In this document: positions 49,110-60,806 of the stretch, piece by piece
Layout: every line of letters begins with the position of its first letter
Numbering within the stretch: the first letter of the stretch is position 1
Source: Monocercomonoides exilis PA203
Lineage: Eukaryota > Protista > Preaxostyla
NCBI GenBank assembly: GCA_001643675.2
Contig: LSRY02000063.1
Span: 310,001 to 374,000 of the forward strand
DNA length: 64,000 nucleotides
Reading direction: 5' to 3'
The notes under the pieces: model-generated
The model's database searches: none
Told to the model about the DNA's origin: nothing
Seen by the model: the letters and a program-made list of their open reading frames with translations, nothing else
Translations under genes and position numbers: made by a program

Positions 49110-49724
49110 ATGGCAAAAAAGTTGTCATATAAAGAAAAATATCCTTTAGAAACTAGAAAAGCAGAAGTGGAAAAAATGCTGTATGCTATATGAATTGTAT
49201 TGCTGCATGAACATTAAATTTTCATTTTAGGACAAGAATGCCTGACAGAATTCCTGTTATTTGTGAAAAAGCGATGAATTGTTCACTTCCAGGTTTTCTT
49301 GTATTAAATATTGAAGAGTCATTTGTTTATATTTTTTTCTAAAATAAAGATTTAGAAAAGAAAAAGTTTGGCAGTTTGCTTTTTTATTCGTTGAATGACG
49401 AAAAATTTTTTGTGCAGATTTCTTATAGCAGAGGATATAACAATTGGAGAATTAGAATATGTCATAAAACGATACTCACGGGCTTGTTTTTTTATTATTT
49501 TTAGAGAATAATTGAATTTTTCTCAGATTCCAATAGATGTTCAAATGACTCTTTTTATAGATGAAAGAAAATACTCCAAAGAAACTCAAATTTCTGAAAT
49601 TAATGCTAATTACAAGTCATCTCATTTGGATGATGATGGAATTTTATATGTGATTTACACCGGCATTCTTCCTCAACACTCAGCTCAAAGCAATTCTGTT
49701 TCTCCATCATACGAACAAAATTGA
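49110..49724 (+). CDS. ATG8: Divergent ATG8/GABARAP-family ubiquitin-like protein; exons 49110-49180, 49231-49292, 49350-49365, 49418-49481, 49527-49724
   Basis: Spliced: MAKKLSYKEKYPLETRKAEVEKMLTRMPDRIPVICEKAMNCSLPDLEKKKFLIAEDITIGELEYVIKRYSRIPIDVQMTLFIDERKYSKETQISEINANYKSSHLDDDGILYVIYTGILPQHSAQSNSVSPSYEQN. ATG8 motifs PDRIPVI.EK, D..KKK.L and DDG.LY..Y.G are present. Confidence 0.88.
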
Positions 49725-49814
49725 ATTCATTTCACTTATGCATAAGTTGGTTGTTTTAAAATATTTTTCTATTATTTTTTCACAATATCATTTTACAAAA
49801 TGAAAAAACAAATT

Positions 49815-50328
49815 TCAAAGCTCGATCCTCTGCACTTTCTTAGAGCAAATTCCGTAAGTTGAAAGCGTTGGAGAACTTATTTCATCGCCTTCCAGAATAT
49901 TGAGTTCATCGCACAGTCCACCATTAACTTCAAATACAGCTTGGCACATTGATACTTAATTTGAATAAAATTAATTACAAATATAAAACTATATGCATAC
50001 TGCACGAGCGTGCATCAAGGGTTTGCGGTGTGCAATTTTTTTCAATATTTGTAATTTTTCCTTGAGAGTCAATAAAAATCATATCAAGAGGAATAAACGT
50101 ATTTTTCATCCAAAAAGTAAGCTTCTGTGCCTGCTTAAAAGGGAAAAGCATTCCTTTATTCTTCGGAAGGGAACGACGAAACATCAGCCCATGATAAGAT
50201 TCTTGCTCAGTTGTTGCAACAAGACAATCAAAACAATGAATATCATTTCCCGATGAGATCGTTAAGTTTTCGTGCAAAAGAGAATTGCTAAAAGAAATAA
50301 TTAACATTGAAATAATGCTATGAATCAT
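49815..50328 (-). CDS. DUF192 (COG1430) family protein with signal peptide; exons 50328-50001 and 49954-49815
   Basis: 'VATT....GLMFRRSL...GMLFPF......FWMKNTFIPLDMIFIDSQGKITNI' plus exon 2 'AVFEVNGG.....NI.EGDEI', the DUF192 signature. 46-nt GT-AG intron. Confidence 0.9.
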
Positions 50329-50445
50329 GTTGGGTTTGATTTTTTAAATAAAAATGACGAGTAAAATGCAATCATATAAATTTAAGTATGGCACAGAAAT
50401 TCTTATTGCTGGGTATTGATCAGTTTTTTGTTGAAATTGATCAAG

Positions 50446-53400
50446 ATGCCAATAACACCAAGCTCGGCGCCTGTTGGCGTTATTAAAACAGTACAGTTTT
50501 CTGTACTGACTGCGGAACAAATTGTTTGTTTCATGTCACTAACTTCCAGAATAAACGAAAAGAGAAATAATGAGAATTTTATTCAGTTATTTGTTGACTT
50601 TTCTTTTTTAACAGCAAACTTTTATTTTTTAAAAACATATAGCATAAGTCCTGAATTGATTTTTTGTGCATTTTTTCATTTTCATGTTATTTTTCGCTCG
50701 TTAATTAATTCTTAAAGCGGGCAATGTCTGTGTGCGAAGTTAACACGACAGAAATGAGTGATCATGGAATTCCTAAACGAAATAGTTTGCACGACCCAAG
50801 GATGGGTCCATTGGAAAGAGGACAGAAATGCTTAACGTGTAGCGCGTCAACTGAAGAATGTCCTGGTCATTTCGGTCACATAGAACTTGCAAAACCAATG
50901 TTCCATGTGGGTTTTTTTTCAACTGTTTTATCTGTTTTAAGATGCGTCTGCTTTACCTGCTCCAGAATTTTGTGCAGTAAGGTATTTATTCATTTTATTG
51001 AGCTGAAATTATGTGAATTTTTAATATATTTGCACAAACAGGACGATCCAAAATTTAAAAAAGCACAAACGTATAAAAAACCACAAGCTCGTCTTAGGGC
51101 TATGACTCAGCTATGTTCTCCCATTAAAGAATGCAAATTGAAAAAAGATGACTCCAAACCACAAGAATCAGGAAATATTTTCGAAGATGATGAGCATGTT
51201 CACATGATGCATGACGGATGCGGGCAACCACAGCCACGCTTTACAAGAACTCAATTAAAACTGATTATTGAATTTGATGAAAGATCCGAACTTCCTGAAG
51301 GTGAAGAAAGAAAAAGAGAGCTTGATTCGGAAACCGTTTATAATATTCTTCGGAACATAAGTGATGAAGATTGCAGGGCTCTTGGATTCAATCCAAAGTA
51401 TGCTCGTCCAGATTCTTTGATGCTTACTGTTCTTCCAGTTCCACCACCGTGCGTTAGACCTTCAATCCTTGTTGATTCAACAAGGAGAGCTGAAGTATGC
51501 TTTAACAACAAGTAATTTTGAAAAATCTGCTTTGAAAATCAATGAATGCTACGATTTTCATAATTTTCATAATTTTCATAATTTTATTTTGTAAAATTTT
51601 TGACATCTCTCAATTTTCAAAATTTTTTATTTCTTTTTTTGCACAAAAACTTGTTAATTCTTAACTCACATTTTCATCAACCGTCATTTCCTACTTATTT
51701 GTGAAGGATGATCTAACATTTTCTTTGATGCAAATTGTTCGTGTGAACAATGATGTTCGACGACTTGTAGCAGCAGGCACACCACCGTCTGGTGTTGAGC
51801 CTTATCTTCGTCTTCTTCAATATTATCTCGCCACATACTTCGACAACACCCTCCCGTCTGTCCCTGCCAACACACAGAAATCAGGCAAGCCCCTCAAAAG
51901 CATCACACAGCGGCTGAAAGGGAAGGAAGGGCGCATCCGAGGCAACCTGATGGGAAAGCGGACAGACTTCTCAGGGCGTACCGTCATCACCGGCGACCCT
52001 ACCATTTCAGTGGACGAAGTGGGAGTGCCAATGTCGATAGCGAAGACGCTGACGTTTCCTGAAGTGGTCACCCCGTTCAACATCCGCCGGCTGACGAAGC
52101 TGGTCATGAACGGTGCTGAGACACATCCAGGCGCCCGCTTCATCATCCGCTCTGACGGCAGACGGCTGGAGCTGAGCGACGACAGCCCAGCATCGCGGCA
52201 TTTGGAGGTTGGGTATATTGTGGAGAGGCATATGGACGATGGGGACTTTGTGATATTCAACAGGCAGCCCTCGCTGCACAAGATGTCTATGATGGGCCAT
52301 CGTGTGAAGATCCTGCCGTATTCCTCGTTCAGACTCAACCTCAGCTGCACCACACCGTACAATGCAGATTTCGATGGAGATGAAATGAACTTACATCTTC
52401 CACAGAGCATTGAGGCGAGAACAGAAGTGCGGGAACTGATGATGCTTCCAAGACAGATTGTGTCTCCACAAGCAAACAAGAACTGCATCGGTGTTGTGCA
52501 GGATTCTCTTCTTGCTGCCTATCTCTTCACTTCACGTGACACATTCCTTGAAAGAGACCTTGTGATGAACCTGCTCATGTGGCTCACCCACTTCGACGGC
52601 AAAGTTCCAAAGCCAGCGATTGTGAAGCCGAAGCCTCTGTGGACAGGGAAGCAGATCATGTCGCTGTGTATGCCGCCAGTGACAATCTACAAGCTGGCTG
52701 GAGGGCATCCTGATAACGAGACAACGACGATGAGCCCTGGTGACACGAGAGTGATTATTGAGAATGGGAAGCTGCTGACGGGGATGTTGGAGTCGAAGAC
52801 GCTGAAGCAGTCGGAAGGGTCGATTGTGCATGTCATCTGGAAGGACTTTGGGCACGAGGCAGCGATGCATTTTCTGAACCAGATACAAAGAGTGACCAAT
52901 TACTGGATGGTCAACCACGGCTTCACGGTGGGTATAGGAGACACAATTGCCAATGAGAAGACAGTGGGAGAGGTGGCAAACATCATCCAGAAGGCGAAGG
53001 AGAAAGTGCAGGAGTTTGTTACGATGATGATGAAGAAAGAATTGGAGCTGAGGCCAGGCAGAACACAGATAGAGACATTTGAGGTGGAAGTGAACAAAGT
53101 TCTGAACGAAGCCTCGTCTGAAGCAGGAAAAGTGGCGCAGAAGGCGCTTCCGGCATCGAACAACATCAAACTTATGGTGGCAGCTGGTTCGAAAGGCAGC
53201 ACGCTCAACATTTCACAGATTGCAGCGTGTGTGGGACAGCAGAACGTGGAAGGAAAACGTATCAGATACGGTTTCAGGAAGAGGACGCTCCCTCACTTCA
53301 CACAGGACGATCCAGGCACAGAAAGCAAAGGATTTGTGGAGAACTCGTATTTGAAAGGGCTGACACCGCAGGAGTTCTACTTCCACGCAATGGGAGGCAG

Positions 53401-56400
53401 AGAAGGAGTTATCGATACAGCTGTCAAGACAAGTGAGACTGGTTACATTCAGCGGCGTCTGATCAAAGCGATGGAAGATCTGACGGTGTGCTACGACTCG
53501 ACGGTGCGGAACTCAGTTGGGCAGATCATCCAATTTTTGTATGGCGAAGATGGGCTGGCAGGAGAGCAGGTGGAGTCACAGCAGTTTGACACGCTGCAGA
53601 TGTCTGACCAGGCATTCAGGAACAAGTACAGATTCGATTTGGGAATTGACGAGGCGAGTGTGGGTGCAGGTGCCGCATTGGCAGGACACGATGGAGCAGG
53701 CGGATTGGGCATGATGGACAGCGACTATCTGCTGGACGGGGCACAAGGCACAGCAGCTGCTGATGTTGTGGGCGAGTCTGCTGCGCTGTTTCACGATGAC
53801 ACCAAAATGGACATTGACAACTTGTCTCTTTCATCATCTTCTTCTTCGACTACTTCATCTTTTTCGAGTGGGTTGGATACGTCTGTTGCTATAAGTGCTG
53901 GTGCAACAGGCGGAGGCGAGCATCGGAATGTGCACCGTCGTATTCTGCCAATTGTGCAGAAGGACAAAGAGAGAGGCAAGAAGAAGACGACACTTGCACA
54001 ATTAGAGACATTTTTGACTGAAGATGCTGTTTCCAAGCTTCTGAACGATCCATTCTCCCAACGTATTCTGACAGCAGAGTTTGAGCAGCTGTCGCGTGAC
54101 AGAGACCAGCTGAGGAATGCCATCTTTGCGAGTGGCACAGACAAATGGCCGCAGCCTGTCAACATCGCCCGGCTCATCCACAGAGCTAAGCTGAAGTTCC
54201 AAATAAGTCCGCTGCGTCCTACGTCGTTGACTCCGACAGAGGCAGCGAAGATGGTGGAGAAGGCGATATCGCGCTTTGTGATCATCCGAGGAGACGATGA
54301 GATCAGCAAGAGCGCCTCTGAGAATGCAACGCTGTTGTTCAACATTCTTGTGCGATCGTCGCTTGCCTCGCGTGTGGTGACTGAGGTGCACCGGCTGTCG
54401 CGGCAGGCGCTGTCGTGGATACTCGAAGAGATCGAGTACAAGTTCAAGAAGGCGCAGGTGCAGCCGGCTGAGATGGTTGGGGTGATAGCGGCACAGAGCA
54501 TTGGAGAGCCAGCCACGCAGATGACGCTGAACACATTCCATTATGCTGGTGTGTCTAGCAAGAACGTCACACTTGGCGTGCCTCGGCTGAGAGAGCTTAT
54601 CAACGTGACGAAGAAAACGAAGACGCCTGGGCTGCTTGTCTATCTTGGCGAAGAGGAGAGGAGGACCGCAGAGAATGCGAAGGTGGTGCAGAGCTATTTG
54701 GAGTACACGACGCTGCGCCATGTGACAGAATTGAGTGAGATCTATTACGATCCCGACGAAGACCATTCAATTATCGAGAGAGATCAGACATTTGTGCAGA
54801 TCTTCCAGGAACAAGAGTTCGACCAGGAGCATTTGGCAAGACTGACTCCGTGGCTGCTGCGTTTCACGCTTGTCAATTCGATTATGACAGAGAAGCACAT
54901 GAAGATGGAGGAGATCAGAGGAGCCATCAACGATGCATACGGCGATGATCTACAGTGCATTCCAACAGATGATAACGCAGAAGAGCTTGTGCTGCGTATC
55001 AGAGCAAAGATGGACGAGGAAGAGGCAGCTGCGATGGATCAGAGCGGAGATCCTGACCATGCAAAGCAGCTGAACGAGCTGGCAGCAGGCGTCGGATACC
55101 GCGCGACGGGAGGAGCAGCGACAAGATACGACAACTCCTTTTTTGAGACGCTGGAGGCAGCGATGCTGTCGGACTTGGCGCTGCGGGGGGTGCCTGACAT
55201 CAAGAAGGTGTTCATCAGAGAAGTGCAGTGCCCGAAATTCAACAAGGACGGCTCATTCAACAGCAAAGCAACAGAGTGGATTTTGGATACTGAAGGGTGC
55301 AACCTGAGTGAGGTGATGGCGCAGCCCCACGTCGATCCATACCGTTGCACATCAAACAACATTGTGGAGATCTTCCAAGTGCTGGGCATTGAAGCAGTGC
55401 GGGCAGCGCTTTTGAAGGAAGTGCGCGATGTCATCTCGTTTGATACATCGTATGTGAACTACCGCCATCTGTCGATGCTGGTCGATCTGATGACTACACA
55501 CGGCATTCTCACCTCGATCACACGCCACGGCCTCGGCGCAATGGATACGGGGCCTCTGATGCGAGCGACGTACGAAGAGAGTACGAAGATCCTGCTGTCA
55601 GCTGCAGCCTTCTCAGAGAACGACAAGCTGCGCGGGGTGTCGCAGTGTGTGATGTTGGGTAAGCCTGCACCGTGCGGAACAGGATACATCGACATCGCAG
55701 TCGACACGAACAAGCTGAAGAATGTGATTGTGATTCCTGAGGCACTGCAGGAGATGGCTGTGAAGAAGGCGCAGGCAGAAGCACTGAACGAGATTGAAGG
55801 CGCTGGACTCAGTGGAGCGAGCGGGTTTGGTGATGGCGCGATGAAAGAAGGAGACGGAAGAGGAGTGATGGGTGGATGGATGGATCCGATGGGAGGGATG
55901 ACTCCGATGTACAACCCCGGCCTGTCACCTATGATAGGCTCCAGCCCAAGCGGTGGAATGACTCCATTCATCAAAACAGACTACGATCAAAAGGGAGGAG
56001 GATACGGCTACAGCGGGCCTTCGTTCAGCCCAACGCACATGGCAGAGTTTGGAATGGATGTGAAGCCGAACATCAGCCAGAGCGGAGGATACGACGGAAG
56101 AGTAAAGCAGGAAAGGAGAGACGGAGCATCTGGTCTTTATTCGTCCACTTACCAATCAGCCATGTCTCCTCTCACTTCTCCAATGGCCTTTTCGTCTCCT
56201 GTTTATTCTCCGTCTGCCATGAGCTATTCAATGTCCTCGCCACGATACAGTCCTGCGGGCATATCCGAAGGAGCAGACAGAAGAAACGTCTCATCACCGC
56301 TGTATTCGCCATCTTCTCCTGCTTTCGACGCCGGCTCCTCCATCACTTATGCCAGCGGGGCAAGGGGCGCAAGAACATCTCCGCTTTACTCGCCAACCTC

Positions 56401-56860
56401 GCCAACATATTCAACTACTTCAGCAACTTACACACCGACCTCACCAGCATATTCTCCATCGTCTCCTGCATATTCTCCTTCCTCACCAGCATACTCCCCG
56501 TCTTCGCCAGCGTATTCGCCGTCGTCGCCAGCTTATTCTCCGTCATCTCCTGCATATTCTCCTTCCTCACCAGCATACTCACCATCGTCCCCTGCGTATT
56601 CACCTTCGTCACCGGCATATTCTCCTTCGTCGCCAGCATACTCTCCGTCATCTCCTGCATATTCTCCGTCATCTCCTGCGTATTCTCCGTCATCTCCTGC
56701 GTATTCTCCGTCATCACCCGCGTATTCTCCATCATCTCCTGCATATTCTCCTTCGTCCCCAGCGTATTCTCCATCATCTCCTGCGTATTCTCCATCTTCG
56801 CCAGCGTATTCTCCATCATCTCCTGCGTATTCTCCATCATCACCGGCTCAATATCATTAA
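50446..56860 (+). CDS. RPB1: RNA polymerase II largest subunit; exons 50446-50523, 50718-50981, 51042-51494, 51707-56860
   Basis: CPGHFGHIEL, RLKGKEGRIRGNLMGKR, catalytic YNADFDGDEMN, DTAVKTSETGYIQRRL, QSIGEPATQMTLNTFH, heptad CTD. Confidence 0.98.
56450..56848 (+). repeat. RPB1 CTD: 19 tandem YSPSSPA heptads (21-bp unit)
   Basis: 399 nt = 19 x 21; identical amino acids with varied synonymous codons. Confidence 0.95.
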
Positions 56861-57557
56861 ATAAATAATTATCAATTTATCAACTTAATTCAATTTTTTT
56901 GAAAAAAAATTGTAATTTATCAATTTTTAGTGGAAGATTGATTCATTAGTTGAGAGTCTTCTTTCGAAATATTGATAAATTTTTTTTTCATTTTTATTAT
57001 CACTTTATCAATTTTTTAGACTAGAAACAAAAACAGTTTCTTGTTTAGAACTTATATTTTTCCTGTTTATAAATTATTAAAAAAAATATATATTTGTCTA
57101 ATGAAGTGTGCATGAAAAGAAATTATCACAAATTCTTTATTCAAATGGACATATTTTGCGAATTCATTCTTTTTTTGTTTTTTCAAATATGGTTATGAGA
57201 GCTTTTGAAATGTTTTGAAATTAAAACTACCGCTCTAAAGTTCAACTCTTTCACTTTTGCTCAAGATGTTTCTTGCGTCATGCGTTGAGATTATTACTGA
57301 GAAGAAATTTTTGAAAGTTAAAAAAATTATTTCGAAACATTGGATTGAACTGGAAATCTAAAAATATTTTTTTTATGGAACATTTTTTTCAAAATTTTAA
57401 AAAATTTTTTTGCTTTATGAATTTTGTTCCAATCAGTTTTTTCAAATTTTTTCTCGACTTTTTTATATTTCTCAATTGAATATTGAACGATAATGTTAGA
57501 ATTAAGAAAACGCGTTTGCTGAAAAAGTTTGGAATAAATTAATGAATTTTTCATAAA

Positions 57558-57812
57558 TGGGTAATTATTTTTGAAAAGTCTCAAATGTTGTATTTTCTAA
57601 TAAATCAAAAATTACATTTCTTGATCAAATTTCAGTTCCCGCTCATGCAACTTCACAGGAATGTGTTAAATAGCATTGTCAAATTATATCCTCCGCTTTG
57701 GTGAAGTTGCATGAGCGGGAACCGAAATTTGATCTAGATATGAAATTTTTGATTTATTTGAAAATTAAACATTTGCGACTTTTCAAAAAATTTTGGACAA
57801 ATGAATACCAAT
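57558..57812. mobile_element. Foldback MITE (TGGGT-end family)
   Basis: Perfect 22-bp inner arms 57635-57656 / 57701-57722 (gttcccgctcatgcaacttcac) inside longer imperfect arms; paralogous to 58037-58282. Confidence 0.8.
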
Positions 57813-58036
57813 AATTATGACTTTATTATTAGAAATTAGTTCTATTAAAGAATTCAATAATATGGTCATATTTTAATTGGATCCCATTTTTAAAAATCAA
57901 TTTCTTTTACCTCCAACATTTCGATTAATTAAGAGTTTTTTTTGTTCCATCGTTCAAGAACCCTGAAACCTTTCAAAATCCAGGATTTCAAGAAAAAATG
58001 AAATGTGATTATCTCTTCCAAAAGCGTTATCATCAA

Positions 58037-58282
58037 TATGGGTTATTTTTTTAGAAAAGCCGTAAATGTTTAATTTTCAAATAAATCAAAAGTTTCATAT
58101 TTTTAAGAAATTTTCATTTGCGAACACCAAACTTCACCAACAAGGAATCTATTTCTGGATAATATTATTTCATTTATTCCAAAGAAGATTCGTAAGTGGA
58201 AACAGTAATTTGAGCAAAATAAGTAATTTTTGATTTATTTGATAATCGAACATTTACGACTTTTCAAAAAGAATCACCCATA
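58037..58282. mobile_element. MITE (TA-TGGGT...ACCCA-TA) nested inside transposon 1
   Basis: Arms tatgggttatt..gaaaagccgtaaatgtt / aacatttacgacttttcaaaaagaatcacccata; TA on both sides. Confidence 0.8.
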
Positions 58283-58929
58283 AATTTGTTTTACGTAAAA
58301 TTATTTATAAAAAAATTTCCGTCCAAATTAATTACATATTTCGTTCAAATTCAATTCTTTTTGTTGAGAGAATCAATTTGATCTTTTGCTCATTTATCAA
58401 TAAGAAATTAAAAAAAGTCAATGCCAGCAATTCCGTGAATAACTTTTATTGTTCAATAATTTCAAAACAATTGGATTTTTTGAAACACAAACTATAAATC
58501 AAAATTTATTCTTTCATTTTTTCAAACATGATGAAATGATAAACCCATATTAATGACAATTTCAAAAGAATTAACGTTTCCTGAGTTGCGAAAGGAATTA
58601 ACTTCATCTGAAATAAGGAGGCAGAAATTAATTTCTCAATAAACATTTGCACTATGAAAAGATAATTTGAAAACAATAATAGTCGCTGTCGATTCTGGCA
58701 CATTTTCTAACTGTTAGTGGAACAGAGGAATAGCTGCAGAGAAGCAGAAAAGGCCAGCGGGAGTGAACGGAAGACAGCATATGATAACACAAGTTTTTAT
58801 TGAAAAAATCGAAAATTAAACTATTGTTCTTTTTTCAAAAGGTGAAGCAATAAGAGTGAAGGACATTAACAAAACGGTTTATGTTATTTTTTTCCCAGTT
58901 AATTAATTTTTCTTTTGTATTTTTAGATT

Positions 58930-59922
58930 GTGGAGCATCTTGAGCAATCGTTGCATGACGAAGAAGAGAAAATAATAACAGTTTTTTCTGATAAGTATTA
59001 TGCAATTCAAAGAAGCAATGTTTTGAAATCAGCGCTTTCCAAACCTTTGGACTCAGCAAAAGTATCTTCACAATCATCAAGTGCCATACAAAAATGGTTC
59101 GAAGAACGTTATCAGATTGTAAATGACAATGATATTAGTGCATCAGGAATATTTAATTTCAACGAAACTTCACTCCATTTTGGAGACAATGTTTGCAAAC
59201 GAGTGGTTTGTTTGCAAAATCAAAAACCCCCTTCTACCCCGTTACCAAAAAAAACTTCAAACACAACTTTATGTCCTTGTGCATAAGCAAACGGCTCTTG
59301 TTTGCCTTCTTATCTTCCTTAACCAGCTACAAAGACACATTCTGAATTTCTCGCACTTTCTTCATTCAATATCAACTACATATTTGCTTCATCTAGCTGG
59401 ATCACAACGAAAATCTTCGAAAAAATAATATGCGAAAACTGGTTAATTCTTATTGAAGAAAAAATGAAAAAAGGAGGATAAAAATCGTCGTTATTTCAAA
59501 TGGATAATTATTCATCACACTGTTGTGAAGCCGTTGAAACGTTTGCAAAATAAAGAAACATCATCATCAAAAAATTTCCACAAAATTTGACTTATCTGCT
59601 TCAATTGTGCGATAACTCAATATTTGCAAGGTTCAAAAAAACGCACAAATGCGACTTCAAAACTTCATCTGATCGTTCTTTTTCCGCATTAAGCTCCGCT
59701 GTTTATAACATTCTCCCAGAAGCACTTTCTGCAGCCACGACTCCATCAAATGTGAAACATGCATTTAAACAAACAGGTGTGTGGCTGGTCAAAGATGCTC
59801 CTATATTGGAAAGAATAAGCGGAGATCCAGTAAAAAACAAATCATTGTGTGTTGATAAAAACAAAGAACAATTGATCGGAAGATTTTCTCTAAAGAAAAA
59901 GAAATATGAAGAAAAAGCTTAA
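58930..59922 (+). pseudogene. DDE_1 (pogo/Tigger-like) transposase pseudogene 1
   Basis: One frame through four TAA stops: IFNFNETSL...A*ANG...LP*P...SSWIT...QMDNYSSH...FPQNLTYLLQLCDNSIFARFKK...VKHAFKQTGVW. Confidence 0.85.
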
Positions 59923-60806
59923 GAGAACTAGAAAACAAATATGAAAAAAGGCAAAACAATTACGAATGGAAAAGATGAAGAAAAAAAAAAACAACATCCA
60001 TTAGTAATTTGTCAATTTTAATGAAGAAGAAAAAAAACGAACAAGAAATGATTTTATGAATTTGATGAGAAATGAAGAAAAGGATGAGATTGCTATGATG
60101 AATACTTCAAGAAAAGAAAATAGAAATAAAAGCGAAAAGAAAATGTGTAGAAAATGTTTGAGGATTGAGTACAATGACGATACAAGTAATGATGAAAATG
60201 CGCAGACTATTTGAAGCATGATCTTATTATAACAACGCTTTTCATCGTGAAATTTGTTGCTTGATATTCGATGAATCCAGAGAAATTGCATTTTATCTTT
60301 TTAAAAATTAAAAAGTTTGATTCTTTAATTCGAATTCGATTTGCTTTCTCATTTCATTTTGTGCAATTTTTCACAAGAAAATTTCCATACTCAATGGATT
60401 TTGTAGTGAAAAGCAAATGAAAATTGAAACAAATGTATTCACTCGTTGTGAATTATTTGTCAGAATAAACATTAATGAAACAGATTCGCTGAAATCTTTT
60501 TTAATATGAACAATTCGCAATAACTGAAAGAATGACAAAATAATTTATGAAAAACTCATGTTTCTTTTTAGAAGAATAAACATTTCTTTCATATGCAGAC
60601 ATATTATCAACTGTTAAACATCATTTAATTGTTGCACGCGTTTGAAAGTAAAATGTCAAGAATGATTGGATGATCTTTCAACATGATAAATGTCCGGATT
60701 TTCGAAGGATTCCGGGTTTTTGAACAATGGGACAAAAGAAATTGTATTTGTGACGGAATAAACACATTTAAATACATCACCTGTAATTTGTGAAGAGTGA
60801 TGGGGG

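Larger units (their letters stand above)
57940..60737 (+). mobile_element. Dead pogo-like (DDE_1) DNA transposon 1 with ~50-bp TIRs
   Basis: TIRs ttttgttccatcgttcaagaaccctgaaacctttcaaaatcc (57940) and ggattttcgaaggattccgggtttttgaacaatgggacaaaa (ending 60737) flank a transposase relic. Confidence 0.7.

Noticed and set aside
50982-51041. Apparent hydrophobic insertion in RPB1 (VFIHFIELKLCEFLIYLHKQ)
   Set aside because: A 60-nt in-frame AT-rich GT-AG intron.
56450-56848. CRISPR-like array
   Set aside because: Contiguous coding tandem repeat with no spacers and no cas genes.
55876-56868. 330-aa, 171-aa and antisense repetitive ORFs over the RPB1 3' end
   Set aside because: Alternate-frame shadows of the 21-bp CTD repeat.
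58930-59922. TAA/TAG=Gln code rescuing the transposases
   Set aside because: Stops fall at Trp/Ser-like motif positions, a catalytic Asp is mutated, relic 2 also has TGA stops, and host genes (RPL14, PFK, RPB1) end in TAA.
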